Positions 10,064 through 18,668 of a DNA stretch of 39,997 nucleotides are shown one piece after another (the stretch's first letter is position 1; the number at the start of each line of letters is the position of its first letter). The notes under the pieces were generated by a model. The model did no database searches. It had not been told where the DNA came from and saw only the letters and a program-made list of their open reading frames with translations. This DNA is from Ignisphaera sp. GTDB lineage: Archaea > Thermoproteota > Thermoprotei_A > Sulfolobales > Ignisphaeraceae. The stretch spans positions 20,036 through 60,032 of the forward strand of contig JAWAHS010000004.1 in assembly GCA_038889075.1 (NCBI GenBank), given 5' to 3'. The translations under genes were made by a program, and so were the position numbers.

Positions 10064-10132
10064 TTTTCACTCTAGTATGTATATAACATCTTATTAGTTC
10101 TAGGCATATCTACAGGAATCTGATGAGAGACC

Positions 10133-11293
10133 TTGATATGGCTGATAGTAGTCTCCTTAGTATACGGAATACTTGTATCTCTCGATCCAATACTCTTTGT
10201 ATTTATAGGATATACCTTGAACGTCTCTGGAATCTATCTAGGGATGCTCGGTGCTATATGGAGTATTGTATACATTACAGCAAGCAAGCTACTGAATAGA
10301 GTTGCTGATGAAGGAAATAACAGGCTTCTTATACTACTATCGCTGCTATGTCTACCACTTTCATATATAGGTATAGTTTTGGTGAACAATCTAACAGCTA
10401 TTCTATCATATACTCTACATGCCATCGCTACAGCATCGATGAATATTGCAATTTCAGTGACAATGCTTGAGAATACTGATAGTGAACTATGGTCTAATGC
10501 TTCAGTTCTACAGAAGTCTATAAGCAATTTTTCACGAGGTTTTACACTACTTCTACTATCTAGAAATATTCTATCTATCCATAGCATATTCTGGCTCTCA
10601 TTTCTATCAACGGTAGCTTCACTCCTATTACTTCCATCCATTTCACTACCCTTTGAAAGAAGATTCTATAAATTAAGTAGAGATATCAATGAGATCGGTA
10701 TGTACATCAAAGCATCGTCATCTGTTCTATTTCTAGATAAACCAGCTGTAGCCCGCTATGTATTCTCTACATCCTGGAATACTAGGAGCACGGTTTCACT
10801 ATACAGAGTTCTTATAGCGATTGCAACAGCTACTGCTCTAGGCGACTACATCTTTACAGTACTGCCACTTATTCTAAAGAGCTATGTAACACTAACCAGC
10901 ATGTGGATGGCGTATGGGATAGCAGCTCTCTTTTCAAGTTTTATAGTGTTGTTGTTCCGAAACCTTTCAATAGGTAGACGAAGCCTTGCTATATTCATAG
11001 CTGTAGCGAGGACGTGCCTACTTGTATTCGGACTTGCTATGGTGAGGGATTTGGTAACACTAGCTACCTACATAATATTTTCATCTCTACTGTATATGTT
11101 AGTGGATGTGGTACTCTATAATATATTTATAGAGGGTTCAGCAGGTTTCTCAACAGCAAACTACTTTACATGTAGAGAAATCGGATCCATTATAGGATCC
11201 ATAGTAGGTGGAGTTATGATAGGATTGAGAGGAGACGCCTTTCTAATAGTAGCAGGAGCTATAGGATTTGCAACAGTTCTTGTTTTAATTTAG
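10133..11293 (+). CDS. MFS-like membrane protein
   Basis: 386 aa, multiple TM segments, NRVADEGNNR resembling MFS motif A. Confidence 0.7.
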   Translation: MIWLIVVSLVYGILVSLDPILFVFIGYTLNVSGIYLGMLGAIWSIVYITASKLLNRVADEGNNRLLILLSLLCLPLSYIGIVLVNNLTAILSYTLHAIATASMNIAISVTMLENTDSELWSNASVLQKSISNFSRGFTLLLLSRNILSIHSIFWLSFLSTVASLLLLPSISLPFERRFYKLSRDINEIGMYIKASSSVLFLDKPAVARYVFSTSWNTRSTVSLYRVLIAIATATALGDYIFTVLPLILKSYVTLTSMWMAYGIAALFSSFIVLLFRNLSIGRRSLAIFIAVARTCLLVFGLAMVRDLVTLATYIIFSSLLYMLVDVVLYNIFIEGSAGFSTANYFTCREIGSIIGSIVGGVMIGLRGDAFLIVAGAIGFATVLVLI

Positions 11294-11302
11294 CAAGTGT
11301 AT

Positions 11303-12163
11303 CTATGGAGGCTCTACACCATAGATCTTTACAACATTTTCTATGTTTATCTTAGTAATATACTCCGAATCAGTAAGATTTCCGCTAAGTAGCTTTTTCT
11401 GATTCTCTACAGCATCCCATGGATAAGATGAGACACCGGGTCTTCTAGGATCATCTATAAAATCGCTCTCAACAATATACGATGGTGGTAGTCTTCTAAT
11501 TGCCTCTCTTAGGATAGGGTATTTTCCTGGAATGGTATAGTGCAGACCGTAGTTCTCAGCTTCGAGAGCTGTTCTGATATCAAGGTGGTGGAGGATAACC
11601 CTTCTACTATCTATATTTAGCATCCTTAGAACTTCATATACATCCCTAACAGTTGCATATCCTCCCTGCTCTAGATGTAGATGTATGTAGGCATTAAGGT
11701 CTCTTGCAAGTGTAAGTGCATACCTCATGATGATATTGTTTACAGAAAATGCTTCTGGCAAAGCTTTATAGTGCGGTCTACCAACCTCACCAAATCCATC
11801 TATTGTGCCATTCTTTACTAGTTGTGAAATATAGTCTAGAACCCTTATAGCTAGCTCAATAATACTCTTTGCACTCCTTGCGTCTCTATTAATCATCTCC
11901 TCAATATCTGCAGGATGTATACCCGCTAGACAAAGAGTTTCAATTCCGTAGCTACGTAGAGTACTACACTCACTAATAAGGATCTCTATCGATTTTACAT
12001 ATCCATCGAAATCGCTGGTGAGATTGTAGTGATGTGGAGGTAGGGATACCAGAACCATGAACCAGCCATCGCTAGCTTTAAATCTCTGTGCTATGTTTTT
12101 TGCACCCAATCCCTTCACAGGATTCGAGTGGAGGTGTCCATCAGCATACAGTATACTGGTCAT
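11303..12163 (-). CDS. TatD-family metal-dependent hydrolase (archaeal type)
   Basis: DGHLH, GIHPA, GEVGRPHY, HLHLE, VESDFIDDPRRPG. Confidence 0.9.
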   Translation of the reverse strand: MTSILYADGHLHSNPVKGLGAKNIAQRFKASDGWFMVLVSLPPHHYNLTSDFDGYVKSIEILISECSTLRSYGIETLCLAGIHPADIEEMINRDARSAKSIIELAIRVLDYISQLVKNGTIDGFGEVGRPHYKALPEAFSVNNIIMRYALTLARDLNAYIHLHLEQGGYATVRDVYEVLRMLNIDSRRVILHHLDIRTALEAENYGLHYTIPGKYPILREAIRRLPPSYIVESDFIDDPRRPGVSSYPWDAVENQKKLLSGNLTDSEYITKINIENVVKIYGVEPP

Positions 12164-12287
12164 GGCTAAATCATCCGGTAGACTCTAGATTGGAGCAGAG
12201 CTTTCTACTGCTTCCTAATATTATTGGAGGTTAAGCTTTAAATTTTTGGCCTCTACATCTACTGTAAAATACTATAGTGATGGATGC

Positions 12288-13493
12288 ATGTATAGGGTCT
12301 CGCTACTCTGTCTAGGGTTTACAACGATATCATTTATACAGTTTGGTCTATTTGGAACAGCTCTCCCTCTTATTGTAGCAGAGCTTGGTATAGGCTATGA
12401 TCTGGTCGGTATTCTGATGGCGTTATGGATTCTAGCATCTGTTATAGTAGCTCCAACTATTGGAAGGTATATGGATAGAGTAGATCCCCTTCGTATTGTA
12501 GTAGCTATTCTAGCGGTCATATCATTATCCTCACTACTAACAGCATTCTCTACAGATCTCATCATGTTAACAGTTGCTAGAATACTGCTGAGCTTTTCAA
12601 TGCCATTTACATGGCCAATCTGCGCAAAAATTGTATCGGTATACTCAAGTAGTAGTAGATACGGCTATACAACAGCCCTCTATGACATTGGTTCTATAAT
12701 CGGACTGGCATTCACATACATAGTAATGGCATTGATAGGTAGTAGCTGGAGGAACTCAATGGTTACAGTCAGCATTATAGGTTTCATCTATATATTCATC
12801 ATAGTTACTGTATGGAATCGTTGTGCCATGGGCACTACTGGTGTAGGGAGTAGTGGTGGTAGCCAGGCTAGAGAGGGTTACAGTTCTAGAACTGGTAGCC
12901 TAGATGGATCTAGGGGTAGGCTTATTAGAATAGGTCTACTACTATTCCTAGCCTTTTTCTGCGCACTATATACATGGAGCTTCATAGTCAACTGGCTATC
13001 AACATTTCTGGTAAAGGAGCTGGGATACAGCTACAGCTATATCGCAACCTATATGGTATTTATAGCTATTGTATCCAGCATCCTAGAGGTAGCAGCGGGA
13101 TACTACTCAGATAGCATAGGAGGTCTAAGAGGAAAGATAACAATCCTATATACGGGATTGATATCCTCAGCCATCCTACTACTATCATCAGCCCTCTTTA
13201 ACATACCTTCAACTAGGACGGCATTTCTATCACTATCTGTAGTAATGTATAGGATTGCCACACCATCATTCTGGTCCATAGTTAATGAGGTTATACCCAT
13301 AGGCTATGTTGGTAGATTTGGAACAATATATACACTAGCAGGACCGCTTTCAGGTATAGTTTCATCTATTGTAAATGGCTATATAGTTGCAACTACAAAT
13401 TCAATAAAATATGGCGTAGTCCTATCTTCGGCATTTCTATTCATATCAATACTGCTATACTCCATACTTAATAAGTTGTATAGAAAGATATAG
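12288..13493 (+). CDS. MFS transporter
   Basis: GRYMDRVD and GYYSDSIG motif-A copies, ~12 TM segments. ATG 12288 after GTGA is preferred to TTG 12246. Confidence 0.88.
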   Translation: MYRVSLLCLGFTTISFIQFGLFGTALPLIVAELGIGYDLVGILMALWILASVIVAPTIGRYMDRVDPLRIVVAILAVISLSSLLTAFSTDLIMLTVARILLSFSMPFTWPICAKIVSVYSSSSRYGYTTALYDIGSIIGLAFTYIVMALIGSSWRNSMVTVSIIGFIYIFIIVTVWNRCAMGTTGVGSSGGSQAREGYSSRTGSLDGSRGRLIRIGLLLFLAFFCALYTWSFIVNWLSTFLVKELGYSYSYIATYMVFIAIVSSILEVAAGYYSDSIGGLRGKITILYTGLISSAILLLSSALFNIPSTRTAFLSLSVVMYRIATPSFWSIVNEVIPIGYVGRFGTIYTLAGPLSGIVSSIVNGYIVATTNSIKYGVVLSSAFLFISILLYSILNKLYRKI

Positions 13494-13701
13494 ATCTGAA
13501 CAACAATACAACTATCAAATAAAATCAATTCTTCCTTTCCATTACACAATACATTGTACTCTACAACGTTGGGTTTTGCGCTCTAGATGTCCGTAAATAA
13601 GCTTTGCACTGTTTATAGCAGTATGCCGGTAAGGATATGTTAATGGGATATACTACTGTATTATGCTTGGGTTTGTGGCTCTACAACACAGCCTTACGCA
13701 A

Positions 13702-13990
13702 CTGTTTCGGGTTTCATATAGGTTTATAAGGGTTGATGGTGGTTGCTTTACTGTTTGAGCCCATCCACGATGCGGGTGTATGGTAAAGACCCGAGTGGAT
13801 GGGTATTCAAAGCCGGGATGTGGGGGTTTCCCCACAGCTGTGAACCCGAGCTAGATGAGGGTGAGCTGTGGGTAGGGGTTTCCCCGAAGGGGTGGAGACC
13901 GATGATGTGGGCACCGGTGAAAGGTGCCCCAAGGTCGATGAAGCCAAGGGTTGACAATAAACCACATCAACCAACATGAAACCCAAACCC
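13702..13990 (+). mobile_element. Non-autonomous miniature element (MITE-like) probably derived from a TnpB-encoding IS607 or IS200/IS605 element
   Basis: GC-rich island in an AT-rich spacer. Inverted end motifs GGGTTTCAT (13709-13717)/ATGAAACCC (13976-13984) and GGTTGATGGTGGTT/AACCACATCAACC. The tail reads MWGFPHSCEPELDEGELWVGVSPKGWRPM..., which resembles crenarchaeal TnpB C-terminal tails (recalled, not searched). No transposase. Confidence 0.62.
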
Positions 13991-14010
13991 CGTTCACTGT
14001 ATTCATATAC
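13750..14010 (+). ncRNA. Putative omega-RNA/reRNA-like structured RNA with kink-turn
   Basis: TATA (TTTATAAG, 13723-13730) upstream. Hairpins at 13760-13803, 13831-13872, 13877-13900 and 13909-13929. The k-turn pattern is CCCACAGC-TGT-GA-ACCC...GGGT-GA-GCTGTGGG. Confidence 0.55.
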
Positions 14011-14068
14011 TATTCATAGCGGAGGTATCGATTACTGTATTCATTTTCAGAAACAAATGGTTGTAGCA

Positions 14069-15265
14069 TTAGTATGGTGCTCTTGGATATTGTTGACCAA
14101 ATTTCCTTCCTATTTCATTAGCTATCTTCAGTAGATCTACAATCTGGTGCTCTGTTACTTCATAGGGTAGCCTCTGATACTCTGAGGTTGCCTTAACCTT
14201 TTCAGCAACTCTATAAAGATCCTCTTCCGTTACCTCCATCAATCCAAGTTCCTCAAATGATACAGGTAGTCCTACTGAATGTGCCCATCTGATATACTCT
14301 ACTGCCTGCTCTAAACTACCCTCGACAAGTATCTCAACTAGTGTACCGAATGCCACCATCTCTCCATGGTACTGTAAGAGCTTCATCTTCTTTTCTAGCA
14401 CACTAAGGGAATTCCCTATGGCATGAGCTAGAGCTGTACCACCATTCTCAAACGCCAACCCACTTAATAGAGTATTTGCATAGACAACCATCTCTAGACT
14501 AGGTGTAGCAATCCTAGCTTTTACAGCCTCCATAGCCGCTACACCGTGCTGTTGTAGAATCTCCCATGTTCGCTTCGCTAAAATATGTGCCAGCTCAAAT
14601 GGTTTAAGAGGTTCAACACCCTTCTTTCCATCGTAGTCCATAAATACATACCCTGGTTTATTGCCTGCAAAGATAGCCCTTGTTTCCCAGTAGTGCGATG
14701 CTGCATCTCCCATACCAGCTGCTAGAAATCTCGGTGGTGCCTTTGCAATAACCTCTGTATCAACTATAACCATATCAGGATTCTTGGGGTAGTTCAAGAC
14801 CTCTACAAATTCACCTGGATAAGGCTCGGTGTATATAACCGATATTGCTGAGGTCGGTGCATCTGTAGATGCTATTGTTGGAACCATTACTGCGGCTAAA
14901 CCATTTGGTATCGCTACAGCCTTAGCTGTATCTAGAGCCTTACCACCACCAACACCTACAACCATATCCACACCATTTTCTAGAGCTATCTTGGTTACCC
15001 TTCTAATCTCCTCCCAGCTGCACTCCCTATTAAAAATAACATATACATAGTCTACACTATATCTTCTAAGACTTTCCTCTATAGTACCTCCAACAATGTG
15101 TTTAACATCGGAATCAGATAGTATGAGTGCCCGGTTGCCAAATCGCTTAATGAGCCTACCTAAGTAGTTTAGTACTCCACCTCCCTGGATATAATTACTT
15201 GGAGCTCTAAAACCACGAATATAAAAAGTTGTCAGAGTATCTATGGCTTCAAATGTATGCTTCAA
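14069..15265 (-). CDS. gldA: Glycerol dehydrogenase-like (family III metal-dependent alcohol dehydrogenase)
   Basis: GGGKALDTAK, PTIASTDAPTS, AGMGDA, LAHAIGN, HGEMVAFG; GGTGA SD 6 nt before TTG. Confidence 0.85.
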   Translation of the reverse strand: MKHTFEAIDTLTTFYIRGFRAPSNYIQGGGVLNYLGRLIKRFGNRALILSDSDVKHIVGGTIEESLRRYSVDYVYVIFNRECSWEEIRRVTKIALENGVDMVVGVGGGKALDTAKAVAIPNGLAAVMVPTIASTDAPTSAISVIYTEPYPGEFVEVLNYPKNPDMVIVDTEVIAKAPPRFLAAGMGDAASHYWETRAIFAGNKPGYVFMDYDGKKGVEPLKPFELAHILAKRTWEILQQHGVAAMEAVKARIATPSLEMVVYANTLLSGLAFENGGTALAHAIGNSLSVLEKKMKLLQYHGEMVAFGTLVEILVEGSLEQAVEYIRWAHSVGLPVSFEELGLMEVTEEDLYRVAEKVKATSEYQRLPYEVTEHQIVDLLKIANEIGRKFGQQYPRAPY

Positions 15266-15547
15266 AATTCTTCACCATAGAATTAGTTACCAAAACATCT
15301 TAAAAATTCGATACTTCAATACTGACTATTCTATTGGATTACCCCTTCTTTCATTTCCTTAACTGGAAATTTTACACCTTCTCGTGGAAACAGTAGATGA
15401 ATTGCATCCCCTACCCTATTTGTTAATTGTATACTTTTACAGCTATATGTAGTTAATATCATTCTGAAGATCTGCGCAAATTAGCTGAACTGTGACTGCT
15501 ACTCGGTAATGGGAAACACCTTTTATCTCCCCATACAATACTGGTTA

Positions 15548-15604
15548 ATTTCAGTTGAGGATAATCTGATCATTGGATCACATCGGCTCTTCTTCATCAT
15601 CTCG
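15548..15604 (-). ncRNA. C/D-box sRNA (2'-O-methylation guide)
   Basis: Minus strand: ATGATGA (C) AGAAGAGCCGAT (12 nt) GTGA (D') TCCA ATGATCA (C') GATTATCCTCAA (12 nt) CTGA (D); TATA-like TTTTAAT about 25 nt upstream. Confidence 0.88.
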
Positions 15605-15681
15605 TATTACTGCATTGTACCTAGATTAAAATAGTTTACCTAATTTGGTTGGAAAAAGGATTTTAAAAAGCAATTCTTGTT

Positions 15682-17196
15682 TTAGAATTGCTTTGTCTTC
15701 TGACTTTTCAAAGCCCATGCGAATATTGCTATGCTAAATATTGTAATGATGGCTATATCTATTGGTGTAGTAAGTATGTTTTGAGGGGATATGGGTAGAA
15801 AGTTGTTGTATTCAAACATTGCATCACCTAGAAGCGAGATTAGTGTTAGTCCAACCAAGTACGCTATATACCACACGTTTTTCTTTAGTTCTCCTAGGAA
15901 TAGAAGGGTATTCTTTACTATAATTGGATACAATATGAGGCTCAGTATGGCCAGCACGGTACCTGTTAGTGTCCATGGCCAGCAGGCCCAGTATATATAG
16001 AGGGATGCTAGAATGAAACCTATCATTCCCAACATCATCGTACTTGAATTGCGTTTCACTAGCGAGAGGCTTAGTGCTGATATTCCATATGGTATAAACT
16101 CTGTTATCATTGCCATCAGTATTACGTTGGGGAAGCTCGGAACCAGTATCATGATAATCGCAGTTAGTATTGATGAGAATACCAGTGCCTTTGATGGTGT
16201 TCCAAAGCGTGGATTCACATGTGCTAGCGGTTTCCAGAATCTCTCCTCGCGTGCAAGGGCGTAGGCTACGCGTCCCTGAATCAACACCCAGTCGCTAAAG
16301 CATCCAGCTGATGCTATAACGGCTCCCACAACCATTAGTTCAGCTAATCCAGTTATCCCCAGGGCTCTCGAAACATCTGCTAGTGGCGATGATAACCCTC
16401 CTACAGCTTCCCAGTCCTTTTCAGCTATCCCTAGACCTCCCCAGTCTATAGATCCGATAAATACTGTCATGAGAAGTATATAGGCTATCGTAATCACCAA
16501 TACCGTAGCTATAGCAGATTTCATTATAGTCTTTTCAGGTTCTCGAACCTCTTCACTAACTAGAACAACGCTTTCAAAACCTACAAACATCCAAAAGCCG
16601 AAGGCTATCGCAAGCCCTATACTCCCAAGACCATACGGTGCAAAGGGCTCGAAATTACCTGGATTTACCCTTGCAAATCCTATGGCTATAAATGCTAGTA
16701 GTGGTGCTATTCTTGCTATTGTTAATATAAAGTTTAGTCCAGCACCATACTTAACACCAACAATATTAATCACGGTTACTATAGCCAGTATAGCTATGGC
16801 TATAGCGATACCTAGAGGTGTCAGAGTTAGACCTACAGCTATGTTTGGCACGTAGTATGAGAGATACAAAAGGAATGAATAGATTATAGCAGCAGTGCCG
16901 ATAAAGCAGCAGAAGTAGTAGCTAAGACCGGTTATGAAGCCTGCAAGATCTCCTAGAGCCTCTTTAGCAAAGTAGTATATGCCTCCAGCCTTAGGATACA
17001 TTACACCAAGCTTTGCAAGTATATACATTAGTATAAGGGTTATGACACTCATTAACACAATGGCTACAATTGAGAGAGGTCCGGAGACGGAAGCAACGAG
17101 TCCCGGAAGAGTATATATACCGGAGCCTATGACAGCACCAATACCTACAGCCGTAAGTAGTACTACACCAAGCTCTCTTCTTAGGGAGATCGCCAT
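15682..17196 (-). CDS. APC-family amino acid permease
   Basis: LRRELG, GAVIGSGIYTLPG, YPKAGGIY, FVGFES, RFGTP; ~14 TM segments; ATG 17196 follows an SD overlapping the mttB stop. Confidence 0.92.
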   Translation of the reverse strand: MAISLRRELGVVLLTAVGIGAVIGSGIYTLPGLVASVSGPLSIVAIVLMSVITLILMYILAKLGVMYPKAGGIYYFAKEALGDLAGFITGLSYYFCCFIGTAAIIYSFLLYLSYYVPNIAVGLTLTPLGIAIAIAILAIVTVINIVGVKYGAGLNFILTIARIAPLLAFIAIGFARVNPGNFEPFAPYGLGSIGLAIAFGFWMFVGFESVVLVSEEVREPEKTIMKSAIATVLVITIAYILLMTVFIGSIDWGGLGIAEKDWEAVGGLSSPLADVSRALGITGLAELMVVGAVIASAGCFSDWVLIQGRVAYALAREERFWKPLAHVNPRFGTPSKALVFSSILTAIIMILVPSFPNVILMAMITEFIPYGISALSLSLVKRNSSTMMLGMIGFILASLYIYWACWPWTLTGTVLAILSLILYPIIVKNTLLFLGELKKNVWYIAYLVGLTLISLLGDAMFEYNNFLPISPQNILTTPIDIAIITIFSIAIFAWALKSQKTKQF

Positions 17197-17205
17197 AATA
17201 TCCAC

Positions 17206-18657
17206 CTACACCTCAGGCAGCTTTTCCATTCCATATCTCCTCGCTATCCCTAGCATAACCTCGCTTAAGCTCTTCTCAACATCTGGTGGTAGTGGCTCTG
17301 GTGTATGTTCCTTCAATATCTTTTCAACATATTCTCTAGCAACGGTGCTCAGATCCTTGGAGCCACTTTTTCTCCACATATCGGTGGTTCTCTTATCCAA
17401 TAGCTTTGGTATGAAATGCTCCTTTCTCCACCACTCACGTGTATGTCTATGCTTTAGAAATAGTCCACCCGGCCCCACCTCTTCAATCACCCTTTCCGCA
17501 ATGGTCTCTGCATCCACATCTATTCCCCTGGCAAATCTTAGAGCGGAGCCGGCTATATCGTCATCTATAGCAAGCTTGACTAGGCTTATACAGTTCTCCT
17601 CCAGCAACATGCCCGATCCTATAGCCATATTTATACCAGCCAACACGGATACTAGTGCACCAAATGAAGCTTCTAGAGATGATTGTGCATCGACAACCTT
17701 AGCATCGCTTACAACTGTATACGATCCACTTGGAATTCCATAGAATTTTGCAAGCTGTGAAGTAGCAGCAGATATGAGGCCTACCTCTATATAGCCTGTA
17801 CATGATGTTGCAAACCTCTGGTCGAATACCGTTGGAGATCCACTGTAGACTATAGGTGCTCCAGGCTTTGTGAACTGGGCTATTACAAGCCCAGCTAGAA
17901 ACTCTGCATTTGCCTGTAAAATAGCGCCCGCCAATGTCGCCGGAGCAGTTCCGCTAGTCTGTGGCATTGGTATGATGTGTGCTGGAATACCGTATCTTGC
18001 ACAGTCCATAAGATTCTGTACGGTTAGCGCACTCCATTTAAGTGGTGGTGAAGAACATGCAGCGAATATCATAAAGGGCTTCCTGCCAATGTTCTCTTCA
18101 CCTATTACAGCAGCCATGAGCTTTGCAGCATCTGGAACCCCCTCCATAGTAAAAGCACCTGTATCTATAGGCTTAGAGCAGCTCTTTGCAACGACATACA
18201 TTCTCCATCTATCAGCAAGAATTTCAGGTATGTCTGCCGGAACCACGGCAGTCGACATTATGTGTGTATTTGGTAGATAGTCTGTAACCTTTGCAACATC
18301 AGCTAAATCCTTTGATAGTGGTCTTCTAACCTCACCTGTCCTAAGATCCATGTAGTAGTAGGCTGCAGAACCTACTACAAAATAGGTATTCCATCCACAC
18401 AGTTCGATATACTGCTTGCCATCTCTGTGATACAGCCTTACACAGTTAGGTGCTCTCTTTAGAGCCTCTCTAACAATATACTCTGGTATTCTGGCAATAC
18501 CTTTAGTGAAATCAACATCAGCACCAATGTTATGCAGCATTTTGAGGGCCTCTCCATGGTCAACCTTAACACCCACTCTACTGAGTATGTTGAGGCTTCT
18601 TACGTGTATCTCCATAACCTCCTCGCTATCGAGAACCTCAATTCTAGGTCTAGCCAT
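17206..18657 (-). CDS. MttB-superfamily (trimethylamine methyltransferase-like, non-pyrrolysine) methyltransferase
   Basis: IHxxSLxILxxVG, SSPPLKW, GTAPATLAGAILQANAEFLAG, IEEVGPGGLFLKHRHT. The Pyl position in FYGIPSGSYTV-V-SDAK is Val, and there is no in-frame TAG. Confidence 0.93.
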   Translation of the reverse strand: MARPRIEVLDSEEVMEIHVRSLNILSRVGVKVDHGEALKMLHNIGADVDFTKGIARIPEYIVREALKRAPNCVRLYHRDGKQYIELCGWNTYFVVGSAAYYYMDLRTGEVRRPLSKDLADVAKVTDYLPNTHIMSTAVVPADIPEILADRWRMYVVAKSCSKPIDTGAFTMEGVPDAAKLMAAVIGEENIGRKPFMIFAACSSPPLKWSALTVQNLMDCARYGIPAHIIPMPQTSGTAPATLAGAILQANAEFLAGLVIAQFTKPGAPIVYSGSPTVFDQRFATSCTGYIEVGLISAATSQLAKFYGIPSGSYTVVSDAKVVDAQSSLEASFGALVSVLAGINMAIGSGMLLEENCISLVKLAIDDDIAGSALRFARGIDVDAETIAERVIEEVGPGGLFLKHRHTREWWRKEHFIPKLLDKRTTDMWRKSGSKDLSTVAREYVEKILKEHTPEPLPPDVEKSLSEVMLGIARRYGMEKLPEV

Positions 18658-18668
18658 CGAAACACACC

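Noticed and set aside
10120-10146. TGATGA...CTGA at the MFS start
   Set aside because: No C'/D pair; explained by the SD and coding sequence
13653-13979. Short ORFs 13653-13835, 13743-13979 and 13748-13957 as genes
   Set aside because: They overlap the structured element, have atypical composition and no RuvC or zinc-finger motifs; at most a residual TnpB tail
13655-14044. ACTGTATT at 13655, 13996 and 14034 as a possible target-site duplication
   Set aside because: AT-rich, three copies, and the left copy is ~40 nt outside the inverted end motif; TnpB-type elements normally make no TSD
16979-17743. 254-aa plus-strand ORF and the many other antisense ORFs in the track (e.g. 896-1174, 3394-3900, 18532-19050, 30530-31003)
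   Set aside because: Shadows of well-supported genes on the opposite strand; Ser/Ile/Thr-rich with no motifs
17206-18657. Pyrrolysine read-through in mttB
   Set aside because: No in-frame TAG; the Pyl-equivalent residue is Val; no pyl genes in the window
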